Below the pieces are notes generated by a model. The model made no database searches. It was given only the letters and a program-made list of their open reading frames with translations, and had not been told where the DNA came from. 64,000 bases of DNA from a virus (Duplodnaviria > Caudoviricetes): positions 39,410 to 103,409 of the IMG/VR virus record IMGVR_UViG_3300015207_000465. One strand, written 5' to 3'. Of this stretch, positions 15,605 to 27,107 are shown piece by piece; position 1 is the stretch's first letter; every line of letters starts with the position of its first letter. The position numbers were made by a program, and so were the translations under genes.

Positions 15605-15870
15605 CGCGGCGTGGCGGTTTTGATGTCGATACGTGCGCCGCACTGCGGGCAGATGATTGTTGCCGGGTTGGGTGCGAGGTAGTCTGTGAATAGTGATGCA
15701 ACTGGTACGTCAAGAGCTTCCGCTATCTTTTCAAGGGTAGAGATGTTGGGGCTATTCTTCTCGTTCACGATACTGCCAAGAGTCTGGGGAGCTATATTCA
15801 TTTTTTCGGCAAGACTTTTCAGTGTCATACCTTTGGCGGCAACGATTGCTTTAATTCTGAATTTTGACAT
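15601..15870 (-). CDS. XRE HTH regulator with CPQCG knuckle
   Basis: HTH_3 pattern; stop overlaps the fmt ATG. Confidence 0.9.
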   Translation of the reverse strand: MSKFRIKAIVAAKGMTLKSLAEKMNIAPQTLGSIVNEKNSPNISTLEKIAEALDVPVASLFTDYLAPNPATIICPQCGARIDIKTATPR

Positions 15871-16058
15871 AAAGTATTTTACTGATTGGGGTTGTTTTGC
15901 TATGAGTATCGCAAAGTTACTCTTCCGCAGTCAGTTAAAACGAGTTCAGAGAGTGAAAAATTGTTAAATACTGATTTAAGTAATGGTTAATACTTGCACG
16001 ATAAATAATATTAGTGTACCTTTGCAGAGGTCAAACTATAAACGACCACCTTAAAACA

Positions 16059-17411
16059 ATGAGTCAAGCAGAAAGCTACATAGAAGAGGATTGCGACGAT
16101 TACGCTTACGATAGCAATTATGACTTATACGATAGTCTGGATTGCGATGACGTAAGCTGCATGACCGACCGCCCCTCGCGATTTGTGCAACGCCACATTT
16201 TACCCGGATTGCATCCCTTGATAGAAGAAATTAGGGCTAAAAATGCCGGTGCGAAGATGGGAGAAGAATTGCGATGCCCGGTTTGTGGAAAACGATTTTT
16301 CAAAAAATCGTATCAGCAGAAATTCTGTTCTAACGACTGCAAGGTTAAATACCACAATAAACGACAGGTATGGTACTGACTAAACAAATTGATACCCCTT
16401 TATTTGGGCAGGCTCAAATGTTCAGCGAGTCTATTTCTACGTCAGTCATTCGCAAAGCTGTGATGGATGGGCGTAAAATTCGCCTTATGCAACACGCCAT
16501 TGGTCTTAACAACCCATATTCTAAAGTCAGAAAGGGCTGTTACACCGCTTACCGCAACTACTTTGTCGCTGGAAAAGGAGATGCAAGTTGGGATGAATTA
16601 GTCGCCGCTGGCCTTGCCACAAAACGCCAAGATACATTATACGAACTGAACACAGTTTACCATCTAACCGAAAAGGGAATAAACATCCTCGCGGAAATTA
16701 TGAACATAAAAATCATAGAAGCAAAATGATATACGAAGAAATTATGTATGGCATTAAGTGCAATCGTTGCCATGAAATCTTTGAGAATAGCGAAAGTTAC
16801 ACCGTTGCTGTTGATAAGGATGATTTTGAGGCAGAGGCGACGGAAGATGGCTGGCACAAGGATGGCGATGCGCACTATTGCCCCAAGTGTTACATGGTAG
16901 ATGAGAATGATGTGATAGTCGTAAAGCCGCGAATACACCATCTATTTTTCAAGTTTTGGAACTTGCTCAAGGCGTTTACCGGATGTGTGCATCGATTTAC
17001 CGAAACGGAAACACACTACACGCTGACAAATCATCATTGCTACAAACGATTGAATAAAGCGCGGATTTCAATCTTGCAAGAAGTCATCGCTGATTTCACA
17101 ATCGAATATCGCACACCGGAAAGAATGGTCGGTCAGCCCTACGAAATAGAAACTATCAGCATCCCCAAAGATTTCAAAAGGCAATAAACCAAGCAACGAT
17201 GGCAAAAGCGGAAGAAATATTTGACCTGCTATACGAAATCAACAACAAGATAGCGGAACAAGAACTGACGGTAAGAGAGTCGGTGCGGTTGTATTTATCC
17301 CTTATCACGATGGCTTTCACAAAAGCCGGCGCAACCAAAGAGATGATACCATTTATCCTCAAAGAGGTGGGCGAATACTTGTCTGAACGGTTAAAAGAAC
17401 AGTTAAAATAG
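16059..17411 (+). CDS. Four small early-region hypothetical genes (16059-16379 and 16726-17187 Cys-rich; 16370-16729; 17199-17411)
   Basis: Tightly packed co-oriented ORFs after a TACCTTTG promoter at ~16017. Confidence 0.6.
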
Positions 17412-17618
17412 GCATCATGGAAACATTGACTGCTATGCAGATATTGGAGCTTAAAATAGTAGGCTACAATCCACCGAAAGACCAGATAACCCTTGATGAT
17501 ATTCTGCGCATATTGCCATCGGAACTAAACAAGGGAAAGCATCGCCAGTGGCATCCTGCCTTTCGGCTTCGTAGTAAAAGAAGACTAAACAATCACATCA
17601 AACCCCACAACAAGCAAT

Positions 17619-18746
17619 ATGAAATTCTCTATCAACAACAAGGCTCTATTAAGCCGACTGCTTGCCGCTGGAAAGGCGGTCAGCAACCGACCCACGATTT
17701 CCATCTTGAGTAATTTCCTGTTTGTCCTTGAGGGCAATGTTCTCACCATCACGGCATCCGACTCCGACAATGTGGTGGTGTCACGCATCACCGTCAACGA
17801 TGCAGAGGGCGCAGGCAAGGTATGTATCGACGCAAAACGTGTTACGGAATTACTCAAGGCAATGCCTGACTGCCCCGTGTCTTTCGACATCAACGACGCG
17901 ACCCTCGCAGTGGTCATCCGTTATACCAATGGCAAGTATAATCTTTCAGGACTGCCCGGTGCGGAATACCCCATGGCAGACATCGACGACTCGCAGACCA
18001 AAGGCTCTTTCACACTGCCGGCATCGCAAATCCTTAACGCAGTTGATAAGGTAGGTTTTGCCGTAGGTAACGATGAGTTGCGTCAGACGCTGAACGGCAT
18101 CTATTGGGATATTACGGAAGACGCAATCACATTTGTAGCTACCGACTCCCGCGTACTTGCCAAGTATCGCAGCACACAGACCGCCCCCGGCGTGACAATG
18201 AGTTTCAATCTGCCGGGCAAGTCAGTATCCCTTATCCGTGCCTTTATCGGAAAGCAGGCCGATGTCAAGCTGACCGTCACCGAAAGAGCCGCAGTCTTTG
18301 AGGGCGATGATTTCAAGGTGCGTACAACGCTTTACAACGGAAGATACCCGGACTACAACCGTGTCATTCCCACCAATCAGCCCATCACCGTCAACATTGA
18401 CCGCATGGATTTCGCCAACGCCATCACACGTGTATCAATCTGCGCCGATGCGCAGTTATCGCTCCTGCGCCTTAAAATGACAAATGGAACGCTTGATGTC
18501 ATGGCACAGGATATGAGCTTCAACGTAGGCGGCGAAGAGCGTATCACTTGCGACTACGCCGGCGATAAGCTGGAAATCGGTTTCAGCTCGTCATACCTCA
18601 AGGGTGTGCTTAACGCTATGGCAACGCAGAATATCGTAATGAAGCTATCCACGCCTGACCGCCCCGGCTTATTCTTGCCCGCGGAAAACGACGAATACGG
18701 CGAGCTTACATTGCTTTGTATGCCGATGAGTATTCAGCAGGCGTAA
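17619..18746 (+). CDS. dnaN: DNA polymerase III beta sliding clamp
   Basis: 375 aa; LTITASD, DELR..LNGI, VATDS..LA, G.YPDY.RVIP, IGF...YL, L.MPM. Confidence 0.95.
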   Translation: MKFSINNKALLSRLLAAGKAVSNRPTISILSNFLFVLEGNVLTITASDSDNVVVSRITVNDAEGAGKVCIDAKRVTELLKAMPDCPVSFDINDATLAVVIRYTNGKYNLSGLPGAEYPMADIDDSQTKGSFTLPASQILNAVDKVGFAVGNDELRQTLNGIYWDITEDAITFVATDSRVLAKYRSTQTAPGVTMSFNLPGKSVSLIRAFIGKQADVKLTVTERAAVFEGDDFKVRTTLYNGRYPDYNRVIPTNQPITVNIDRMDFANAITRVSICADAQLSLLRLKMTNGTLDVMAQDMSFNVGGEERITCDYAGDKLEIGFSSSYLKGVLNAMATQNIVMKLSTPDRPGLFLPAENDEYGELTLLCMPMSIQQA

Positions 18747-18910
18747 TGGAATACAATGCTCCGCTCAATGAAGAAAGTAATATCTAAAATCAAAGACATT
18801 CTTTTCATGGTCTACGCAGTCTTCGCCTGTCTTATCCTTGCGGTCATTCTTGGATTGACAAGCGATAAGACGGAAGAAGACTACGACCCATGGGATTGCT
18901 ATCAGTAACT

Positions 18911-19363
18911 ATGACAAGAGTAATCAAGTTTCGCGGAAAATCAATCGCCGATGGCAAATGGGTTTATGGCGATTTGGTACACACATCTACCCAGAAAGCG
19001 GCTATCTGGCCTACGGAAAAAGGACACGATGGCGGCATGGTAGAGGTCAGACCCAATACCGTCGGTCAGTACACCGGTCAGCGCGACCGCAACGGAAACG
19101 AAATCTATGAGGGCGATGTTGTGCGTCAGGCATGGGAAACAACCATCACGGATGAAGATGGAGCTTTCTCTGCAAAAGGCAATCAAACCGGCATCGTTGT
19201 CATTCGTACAAGGGGCGTGTGCCTTTCGCCCTGCCTTTGCGAAAACGACATTTCGGAAGATGCAATGCTGACAAAGAACATCCCCGTGACAGGCAAACGC
19301 TCCGAAATCATCGGCAATAGCCACGATACACCATCTCTTTTTGAAGAAATCTGTAACTCTTAA
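18911..19363 (+). CDS. YopX-family protein
   Basis: IKFRGK...W.YG.L, TVGQYTG..D.NG.EIYEGD, EIIGN.HD. Confidence 0.85.
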   Translation: MTRVIKFRGKSIADGKWVYGDLVHTSTQKAAIWPTEKGHDGGMVEVRPNTVGQYTGQRDRNGNEIYEGDVVRQAWETTITDEDGAFSAKGNQTGIVVIRTRGVCLSPCLCENDISEDAMLTKNIPVTGKRSEIIGNSHDTPSLFEEICNS

Positions 19364-19377
19364 CACCCAAAAAAACA

Positions 19378-20397
19378 ATGAAAACCTACATCGGAACAAA
19401 ACAGCTCTGCGCAGAGCCTATGACCAAGGGCGAGGCGTATGACCGTTCACTGCTTCGTGGCGACATCGACGCTACGGAACGTGAAAATCCCGGCTATCAC
19501 GTTGTCTATCCCGACGGATATGAAAGCTGGTCGCCCCAAAATGTGTTTGATGCCGCTTATCATGTTGCGGAAACACCCGTTGACCGCATCAACATTCAGT
19601 GGTACGACATCGACAACAAGGCTGGCGAATATTCCGCATGGGCCTGCAATTTCTATACCGGATGCTCAAACAACTGTTCATACTGCTATTGCAAGCGTGG
19701 CGTTATGAGCCATGTGTGGAGCGATGAACCCAAACTTAAAAAGTGCTTCAAGGATGAAGCCGATGCACTTGCAGTATTCACAAAGGAACTGACCGCCAAT
19801 ATCGACGAGCTACGCAATACAGGCATCTTTTTCAGCTTCACGACTGACCCCATGATACCCGGCAAGACGTTTGAATTGACGGTTGACGCAATGAAAGTCG
19901 CGTTGACAAATGGCGTTCCGGTTCAAATCCTGACCAAACGTGCGGATTGGTGGGATACCGACACATGGAAAGACAATGAGCAATTCTTCGCTGATTACGC
20001 GGATAAAATTGCGGTCGGTTTTACATTGACATGCCGTGATGACCTTGAACCGGGCGCAAGTCCGCACAAGGAAAGAGTGTCGGCGATGTCTTTATGCGCA
20101 AGCTGGGGATTTCACACCTTTGCAAGCATTGAGCCGATTGTCGATATAGTCAATTCGGAACTTGCGATGTCGGATGTGCTACCGTACTGTCAGCTATTCA
20201 AAGTCGGCCTGATGAGCGGTGGTGCAAAACCCGACAAGGCGGCATTAAAGGAGATGCTTGATAGATGGAACAGCCGATTGGATAAGCTCGGCAAGAAAAT
20301 CTATTGGAAGCAGAGCGTAGTTGATTATCTGGGCGATGATTTCACGTTCTGGTTAGACTCCTGCGTGGATGCCGACTACAACATATTTAGCTACTGA
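19378..20397 (+). CDS. Radical SAM protein fused to an N-terminal phage domain (Y.DGYESWSP)
   Basis: CSNNCSYCYC CxxxCxxC motif; FSFTTDP, ILTK and SIEP motifs. Confidence 0.8.
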   Translation: MKTYIGTKQLCAEPMTKGEAYDRSLLRGDIDATERENPGYHVVYPDGYESWSPQNVFDAAYHVAETPVDRINIQWYDIDNKAGEYSAWACNFYTGCSNNCSYCYCKRGVMSHVWSDEPKLKKCFKDEADALAVFTKELTANIDELRNTGIFFSFTTDPMIPGKTFELTVDAMKVALTNGVPVQILTKRADWWDTDTWKDNEQFFADYADKIAVGFTLTCRDDLEPGASPHKERVSAMSLCASWGFHTFASIEPIVDIVNSELAMSDVLPYCQLFKVGLMSGGAKPDKAALKEMLDRWNSRLDKLGKKIYWKQSVVDYLGDDFTFWLDSCVDADYNIFSY

Positions 20398-20493
20398 TAT
20401 TGTTTTAAGGTAAAGATAGATTGTTAATTAGTACTTTTGCGGAGCGTGTCGTTGTGAAACGATGCGCTTTCTTTTTGCCTATTCCGTATAAAG

Positions 20494-20519
20494 TTACGAC
20501 TTTAAGTAAGTTGTCGTGA
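20494..20519 (+). promoter_or_regulatory. TACGAC-N12-GTCGT palindrome (copy 2), upstream of head/tail operon
   Basis: TTACGAC-tttaagtaagtt-GTCGTGA. Confidence 0.65.
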
Positions 20520-20601
20520 GTGATGCTTGCTTTAATAATGTGGTTGTCGGTTTTGGGTCGTAGTTTTGCGTAGATAAACTTAAACCCCCAATCATATCCA
20601 G

Positions 20602-21348
20602 ATGAAAAATAAAATCTTTGCAAAACTAAAACAGGAGTATTCCTCTCTTGGGTTAGGCGACGAATATCTGATGGCAAAAGCCGATTCCCTTGCAGCGACC
20701 GGTCTTGTGACTGACGATAACGTCGATGCTGTCGTGGCATGTCAGCGTAAAGAGCTTGAGGGTCTTCAAAAGTCCAACGACAAACGTGTTACCGACGCTC
20801 TTGAAAAGGAACGTAAAAAGCACGAAGAAGAAACTCGCAAAAAGGAGCAGGAAGCCGAGGAAGCGCGTCGCAAAGCGGAAGAAGAGGCAAAGGGCAAAGT
20901 GAAGCCCGAAGTTACCGACCCCGCCGGCGACCCGCGATACGACGAACTGAAAAAGCAGTTTGACGAAATCGTCGCCGCCGGAAAGAAGCGCGATGCTGAG
21001 TCGGCTGCAACCATCAAGGCTCTTACCGATAGGAACACGGAACTTGGCAAGGCGGTCAAAGACCTCACTGACAAGAATACCGCAGCGGAAGCAGCAGCTG
21101 CCAAAGCAGCACGCAATGCGATGATAGTGGCGAAAGCCAAAGAGTTGGGCGTTCCGCAGTGGCGTATCGACGAGGGCTTCATTATCGCGGATGACGCGAC
21201 CGATGAGGTTGTAACCGAAACGCTGACCAAGGTTGCGAACAACATCAACACCAATATTCTTCCGGGAAATCGTGGCATGTTCCCCATGGCCGGCAATGAG
21301 CCTACCAAGGATGAGCTTGCTTCGATGGCTGCAAACCTCGTTAAGTAA
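20602..21348 (+). CDS. Probable capsid scaffolding protein
   Basis: Charged coiled-coil protein heading the capsid operon. Confidence 0.7.
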   Translation: MKNKIFAKLKQEYSSLGLGDEYLMAKADSLAATGLVTDDNVDAVVACQRKELEGLQKSNDKRVTDALEKERKKHEEETRKKEQEAEEARRKAEEEAKGKVKPEVTDPAGDPRYDELKKQFDEIVAAGKKRDAESAATIKALTDRNTELGKAVKDLTDKNTAAEAAAAKAARNAMIVAKAKELGVPQWRIDEGFIIADDATDEVVTETLTKVANNINTNILPGNRGMFPMAGNEPTKDELASMAANLVK

Positions 21349-21370
21349 CAACTAAACCCCAACAAGAATT

Positions 21371-21802
21371 ATGAAGAATGACATCTCACCCAACAAGGAA
21401 ACGGTTGTCTTCGGCAATGATTCCGCAGTAATCCGTAAGTACATCAGCGGTATCCCCGGTGGTCGTACTCTGGACTGCACCGGTTTCAAAGAAGACACCG
21501 TGCTGGCCGGCCACGTCATCATCAAGAAGACTGACGGCAAGTATGCCCCCATGCCCGTTAAGGCAGCAGTTCCGGCATCAGGCGAAACAGCCGCAACGCC
21601 CGCGAGCTACGACTCGCTTCCCGCCGGCGCAACCTACGTGGGCATCCTTTATCGCTCCATCAGCGTAAAGAACCCCGCAGCTTCCATCATGTACGATGGC
21701 GTCGTAAACGACAAATTAGTTCCCTATCCCATGACAAGCATCTTGACCGCGTTCAAGACCGCTTGCCCTCACATCATTTTTGAACAGGACGAGGAGGCCT
21801 AA
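21371..21802 (+). CDS. Probable head decoration protein
   Basis: Position between scaffold and capsid; GG.TLD...V.AGHV motif. Confidence 0.6.
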   Translation: MKNDISPNKETVVFGNDSAVIRKYISGIPGGRTLDCTGFKEDTVLAGHVIIKKTDGKYAPMPVKAAVPASGETAATPASYDSLPAGATYVGILYRSISVKNPAASIMYDGVVNDKLVPYPMTSILTAFKTACPHIIFEQDEEA

Positions 21803-21810
21803 GAATCAGA

Positions 21811-22899
21811 GTTAATCAGTCATTTTATTTCGATTACGCAAAGCGTTTCTTCCCCGGCCTTGTGCTGGCTATCGTAGAACGCCTCAACGAGAAGCGTGCC
21901 AATTCCGCTCTCACCTACCTTTACAAAGAAAAACTTCGCCCGCAGTTTTCGCTTGATGGCCGCTGGGCTTCCATCCTTGCGGAATACACCCGCGTAGCCG
22001 CCGACGTTGTGGCACTTGACTCCGAGCTTCCGCTCAAGAGCCGTGACACACTGGAGGTTGCTTCCGGCACAATTCCCAAAATCGGTATGAAGCTCTACCT
22101 GACCGAAAAGCAGATGAAAGACGTTGACTCGATGATTGCGCAGGGTGTTCCCCTCCAGACCATCATCGACAACATCTTCGCTGATACCCCCCGTTGCATC
22201 GAGGGCATCTGGGAGCGCATCGAAGACATCTTCCTTTCGGAGCTTTCGTCGGGTGTCGGCGTTTCCGAGCGCAACAACGGCACAGGTGTGCGCATCAACA
22301 TGAATTTCTATGACGACAACCAGTTCGCTGTTTCCAAACTTTGGAGCAACACCGACGCAACTCCGCTTGACGACATCCAGAAACTTGTTGACAAGTCCAT
22401 TACCGACGCAAACACCATCATCGACGCATACGCTGACGACACCGCCCTCGGTCTTCTCTACAAGAACAAGCAGGTGCGTTCACAGTTCGCGTTCAATCAG
22501 GGCATCGCCATGACCGGTTCGACCACCGTGCCGGTGCTTGACTTTGCGAAGCTCCAGCAGATTTTCCTCACCAAGTGGAACATCAATCTGCACCGCGTCG
22601 CCCGCCGTGTCAAGACCGAGCTTAACGGCGAAAAGAAAAACCATACCCCGTGGAAGACCGGAACAATTTCCTTTGTCTGCGATGAAGAGCTTGGCTCACT
22701 CGTATGGACTAACGTTGCCGAGGCTTCGCGCCCCGTTGAAGGCGTTGTCTATCAGACTGCCGACCAGTACATCCTCGCAAAGAAATATTCCAAGACCGAC
22801 CCCCTCCGCGAGTTTACCGCTTCCGAGGCTATGGTTGTGCCTGTGTTGAACAACGTTGACCGCATCTACACGCTCGACACTCAGACAGTTCAGGAATGA
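21811..22899 (+). CDS. Major capsid protein (362 aa), probable GTT start
   Basis: AADVVA.DS..P...R, G.IPKIG.K..L.E motifs; frame reads GTT AAT CAG TCA TTT TAT from 9 nt after the upstream stop; first ATG is codon 93. Confidence 0.8.
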   Translation, partial: VNQSFYFDYAKRFFPGLVLAIVERLNEKRANSALTYLYKEKLRPQFSLDGRWASILAEYTRVAADVVALDSELPLKSRDTLEVASGTIPKIGMKLYLTEKQMKDVDSMIAQGVPLQTIIDNIFADTPRCIEGIWERIEDIFLSELSSGVGVSERNNGTGVRINMNFYDDNQFAVSKLWSNTDATPLDDIQKLVDKSITDANTIIDAYADDTALGLLYKNKQVRSQFAFNQGIAMTGSTTVPVLDFAKLQQIFLTKWNINLHRVARRVKTELNGEKKNHTPWKTGTISFVCDEELGSLVWTNVAEASRPVEGVVYQTADQYILAKKYSKTDPLREFTASEAMVVPVLNNVDRIYTLDTQTVQE

Positions 22900-23231
22900 A
22901 AGCGACCGTCCTCATACCTTTCCGCGACAAACACGACCACAAGGTAGTGTATTCGCCCGGAGATGTAAAGGAATTTGACAATGACCGTGTGGTGGCACTC
23001 GCCGCCCGCGGTCTTGTCAAACCCCTTGAAGAAGCCTCCGAAACCGAAGAAAGCGCAGATGTCAAGCCTGCAAAGGGTAAAGGCAAAGGTAAAGGTAAAA
23101 ACGCCAAGAAAGATAAGGAAGCCCCCGCCGAGGTAGCTCCCGAAGCTGAAAAGGTGGATGCCGACACCGATACCGATACCGAAGCAGAAGACACCGACGC
23201 TGATGTAGAAAATTCCACCGACAAAGAATAA
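22896..23231 (+). CDS. Hypothetical virion-operon protein with K-rich and acidic tail
   Basis: ATGA-coupled to the capsid gene. Confidence 0.65.
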   Translation: MKATVLIPFRDKHDHKVVYSPGDVKEFDNDRVVALAARGLVKPLEEASETEESADVKPAKGKGKGKGKNAKKDKEAPAEVAPEAEKVDADTDTDTEAEDTDADVENSTDKE

Positions 23232-23237
23232 CAACCG

Positions 23238-24595
23238 ATGACTATCCGCGCTTACATAACCGACAAACTGAAAGCCTATGGAATTTCCGAGGCGCAGCTA
23301 ATCGACTTGTCTATTGCATCCGGTCTTAACCTTGACTCTGATGTTGTGGCAAACGACCCCGCTGTTGTAGGCGTTGCGCTGACGCACACCCTTGAGGAGT
23401 GCATCCTTGCGCCGCGACTGTCTAATGTGAGCGAAAACGGTTTTTCGATGTCATGGAACTACGACTCCGTGGGCAAGTATTACCTATGGCTTTGTCGCAA
23501 ATGGGGATTGACCCCTAACGATGATGTCATGGCGTTACTTGGCCTTTCCTCGATTATAGACCGCACAGACAACTGGTAAAAGCAATGTACTACGCTCCAC
23601 ACATATTGCAAAAGCTCGTGATACCCGAAGAGGTGTCTGATGAACTTGGAAGACCAATCCCAAGCGAAGCAGGCGACGAATGGGTTGAGGTGTGCAGATG
23701 CAGATGTGACCACAATGGGGATAAGGAAATCAAGATGCCCGACGGCACTGTAATAAGACCGGAATACCATATTGTCCTTGAGGGTAACACCCCCGACATC
23801 AAGACCGGCGATTATGTGCGATGCCTGAAAGCTGACGGAAGCATCCGGGGTGAGGGTCGTGCTATCAGACCAAGAACATTAAACTATCTGCCTTATGCCG
23901 AAATCTACGTGTAAATTTGATTTTAGCGATGTAGCCCCGGCTCTTGCACGTTTCAATCGCCAAGTACGAAAGAAAGTGGAGGAGGTAGGGCAAGAAGCCG
24001 TGGAATACGCTATTGAAAATGGCGACTACCACGATGTCACAGGCGAAACACGCGCAAGCAATCATTACAAGGTTGACGGAAACAACAATCTGACCATCTA
24101 TAATGACTGCGACCACGCCGCAGAGCTTGAGGCAAACGGCAAGGATGTGATTGGAAATGCGGCCTTATACGCAGAACAACGACTTAAAGAGATTTTTGAA
24201 TGATAACCACAACCGACGCAGCCAACATTCTTTACACCGCCTGCAAAATCTTTGGGATGCCCGTCTATCAAGCCGGGAACATTCCGGAGGGTAAGGTAGG
24301 CAAGGATGGCCGTGTGGTCATCCACGTCAAAGAACACACCCCCGGCTCCACTTGGAAAAAGGGATTTGTCGAAATCAATCTTTTTGCCGCTGACACGCCG
24401 AAAGGAAAGTCTGACCTAATCCGTCTTAATGAGCTTGAGCGAATGGCTGTCAAAGACCTCAAGGGCATGGGATGGCATGACGGTACGGCATACACCTTTT
24501 CCGTAGCTTCTACGATACCGATGGAAAACGCCGATTTGAAAGCCCACTACATCAATGCCAAAGTGCTTTTCAAGGTATTAAACACAATGGAATAA
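23238..24595 (+). CDS. Four head-tail joining genes (23238-23579, 23585-23914, 23895-24203 HK97 gp10-like, 24200-24595 tail-terminator-like)
   Basis: Size and order between capsid and tail tube; Y.D.TG..RAS motif in the third gene. Confidence 0.65.
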
Positions 24596-24620
24596 TTAAC
24601 CCCTTAACACCCATAAACGA

Positions 24621-25169
24621 GTTACAAACAACGCACCCAAAGTTTGCGCGGTCGGCATCAAAAAGCTGTACTATGCCGACACCAGCAAGGTAACGGCAGA
24701 CCTTACCGGCGCATTGCTCGCCGCACTGCTTGCCGACGAAGCCACCAAGGAAGTCAAGAACATCCATCAGGACACGTGGACTATCGAAGAGAGCGAAGCC
24801 TCGCAGGACGGCTATCGCAATCAGCTCACCGGTTCTATCTACCGCATGGGAACGAAGACCATGGGCGACGTAACTTTCAACTGGACTATCGGTCAGTACG
24901 ACTATCCTACCAAGGCTGAGTTCCTCGGTGGTGTCGCTACCGACAAGTCGTGGAAGCGTCCCCGCGGTGTCGTCGAAATCCACAAAGTCCTCATCGCACT
25001 CACCGAAGACAATCAGTATTGCGTTCTGCCCTACGCCAACGTAGCCGGTCGTGAAGCCAACACCGACGGCGCAGTAGGTCTGGGTATCGTCGGAACGGCA
25101 ATGGAGCCTACCGACCCCAACATCGCATCCGAATACTGGTTCGACTCTTCCGAGGTAGTGACCGCGTAA
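24621..25169 (+). CDS. Major tail (tube) protein (182 aa), probable GTT start
   Basis: In-frame TAA at 24597, then GA-GTT-AC reading (V)TNNAPKVCAVGIKKLYYAD; first ATG is codon 76; position before the chaperones. Confidence 0.75.
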   Translation, partial: VTNNAPKVCAVGIKKLYYADTSKVTADLTGALLAALLADEATKEVKNIHQDTWTIEESEASQDGYRNQLTGSIYRMGTKTMGDVTFNWTIGQYDYPTKAEFLGGVATDKSWKRPRGVVEIHKVLIALTEDNQYCVLPYANVAGREANTDGAVGLGIVGTAMEPTDPNIASEYWFDSSEVVTA

Positions 25170-25256
25170 GGAAAACCGATTCATCTAAAAGTTTGTGAAA
25201 GTGAAATGTGGTGCGCCAATGACGTACCCCATTCTTTTCAATAAATCCAAAATGAT

Positions 25257-25864
25257 ATGGAAGAAGAAAACAAAGAAAAGAACGACGGTGCGAGAATGGT
25301 CGCCAGTGCGATTATAGGGCTTGACTACCGCATCGCCATCGTTAACGACAAGTCATACGTCATCCAGCCGCCCACAATCGCCAAGTTAGCCGGCGCGACG
25401 TATTGGTTATGCGAAAGCGGAACGGGAAGCACGTTAAGGGATATTCTGATGTCGCTGTCAAAAAGCGAAAATCTTGCAAAGGCATTATCATGGTTCATCC
25501 AAGGCAACGATGAACTTGCGGAAGAATTATCCCAAGGCAAGATGCTTGAAATCGTGGATGGTCTTGAGGCCGCTTTCTCCATGATTGAAGCTGAAAATTT
25601 TATGCGGCTATCGGCTTTACGGAAGAGCGCAAGTCGGCTGATAGCAAAACCGAAATGATTGGCAACGAGTGTATGCTCGGCCAAATCGCATCATTTATGG
25701 AAGCTCTCTGCCTGTCCTATGACGAGGTAGTCCATAAAATTCCATACCGAAATCTGCTAATCATGCAGAAAGACAAGATGCACCCATGCACCGGTGTCAA
25801 AATCAGTCATTCCAGCGGTAAAGACATGGCCGCCCGCCGTCGCCAGAATAAGCGTGACGGTTAA
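25257..25864 (+). CDS. Probable tail assembly chaperone pair (25257-25658, 25655-25864)
   Basis: Two short ORFs following the tail tube gene. Confidence 0.55.
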
Positions 25865-26433
25865 ATCAGCGACCTTTCCAATGCAAGCACATCATCTTGC
25901 GACATAAACGTGGATAGGTAGCGATAATCTACTTGAAAGTTAGCCGGCAACAAGTCGGCTAATTCTTTTTTGTAGTACTCCACCCATTCATCCGGGTTCA
26001 TGCAGCGCGATAGATTTGCCATAAGCTCCGATATGATGGCGTTGTCTTTCCCATTCGGAAACCGAAGCATACGCTCAAGGGTGCGCTTCATCAGTTCAGT
26101 GGCGTTATTGGAACGATTGGATAGCGTATCGACGATGCCCTGTAATTCATTCACGTTGGAAGCGGTAAAGATACCGCGTCGGCATTTGACCATCGCCACA
26201 AATTCATTCTCAAAAGGCGTATTGGGAGTAAACGATGACTCAAAGAGGTCGCCAAATTCCACCGACAAGGCATCTGCAACTTTCGTAAGCGCGTTTATCG
26301 ACAGGCTTCTTCCGTTCAATATGTTTGAAATATGCTGTGGCAGCACACCCATCTTATCGGCAAGTGCTTTATTCGTCATTCCCTTTTGGGCTAAAATCTC
26401 GCGGATGCGCAGTTTGATGTTACTCCTATTCAT
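25861..26433 (-). CDS. XRE HTH regulator with C-terminal extension
   Basis: LRIREIL.QKGMT...LA.KMGV..Q.IS.IL.G. Confidence 0.85.
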   Translation of the reverse strand: MNRSNIKLRIREILAQKGMTNKALADKMGVLPQHISNILNGRSLSINALTKVADALSVEFGDLFESSFTPNTPFENEFVAMVKCRRGIFTASNVNELQGIVDTLSNRSNNATELMKRTLERMLRFPNGKDNAIISELMANLSRCMNPDEWVEYYKKELADLLPANFQVDYRYLSTFMSQDDVLALERSLI

Positions 26434-26618
26434 GTCTATTCTTGTTTCTTTGCAAAGGTAGCCATTCCAAATCAATATAAACGATATTGGTGTATTAAAT
26501 ATTGTTAAAAACTTATTTCAATCAGTATTTTACTTTGTAGATACATTATTATTGTTTACCTTTGCAGTGTTAATCCTTGTTAGATATAAGGGTTTGCCAA
26601 AATGAAAAGAGTAACAAT

Positions 26619-27107
26619 ATGGAAAGAGAAATCCTATTTAGGGCAAAACACCTTAAAGCCGACTACTACAATGGCGAGTTAATCCCAGAGGGTAAGTGGC
26701 TATTTGGGTGGTACTACCAAAATCAGCATAAAGGCGAGATTGAACACAATATCATCTTGCCACGCGAAAAAGGCTCACAAGGTCAAGCCGGGTTAGTGAT
26801 AGACCCCGCCACACTTTGCCAGTTTACCGGGCTACACGATATAGACGGAAAGCAGATTTTTGATGGCGATATTCTTGACTCCAAGACAAGCGAATATCAG
26901 ACCAACGGATACCGCTTTGTCTGCAAATGGATTGACAGTGGCTTTGCATTGACTTTCATCGGTCTTACTTATGGCGTACCGGAACGTAATCCGTGGATAA
27001 ACCGCTATCCCCTTTGCCATAACAATGTCAAAGACCTACGCATAATCGGAAATGTGTTTGACAATCCAGAATTGATGAAAGATGCAAAAATCGAAGAATT
27101 TAGATAA
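26619..27107 (+). CDS. YopX-family protein
   Basis: REILFRAK, TLCQFTGL.D..GK.IFDGDI, IIGNVFDNPEL. Confidence 0.85.
   Translation: MEREILFRAKHLKADYYNGELIPEGKWLFGWYYQNQHKGEIEHNIILPREKGSQGQAGLVIDPATLCQFTGLHDIDGKQIFDGDILDSKTSEYQTNGYRFVCKWIDSGFALTFIGLTYGVPERNPWINRYPLCHNNVKDLRIIGNVFDNPELMKDAKIEEFR

Noticed and set aside
17417-17713. 98-aa ORF overlapping the dnaN 5' end
   Set aside because: Its 3' part overlaps dnaN and looks non-coding; possibly a gene remnant, not supportable as a feature.
25620-25680. Programmed frameshift between the tail chaperone ORFs
   Set aside because: No clear XXXYYYZ slippery site; the second ORF has its own ATGA-coupled start.
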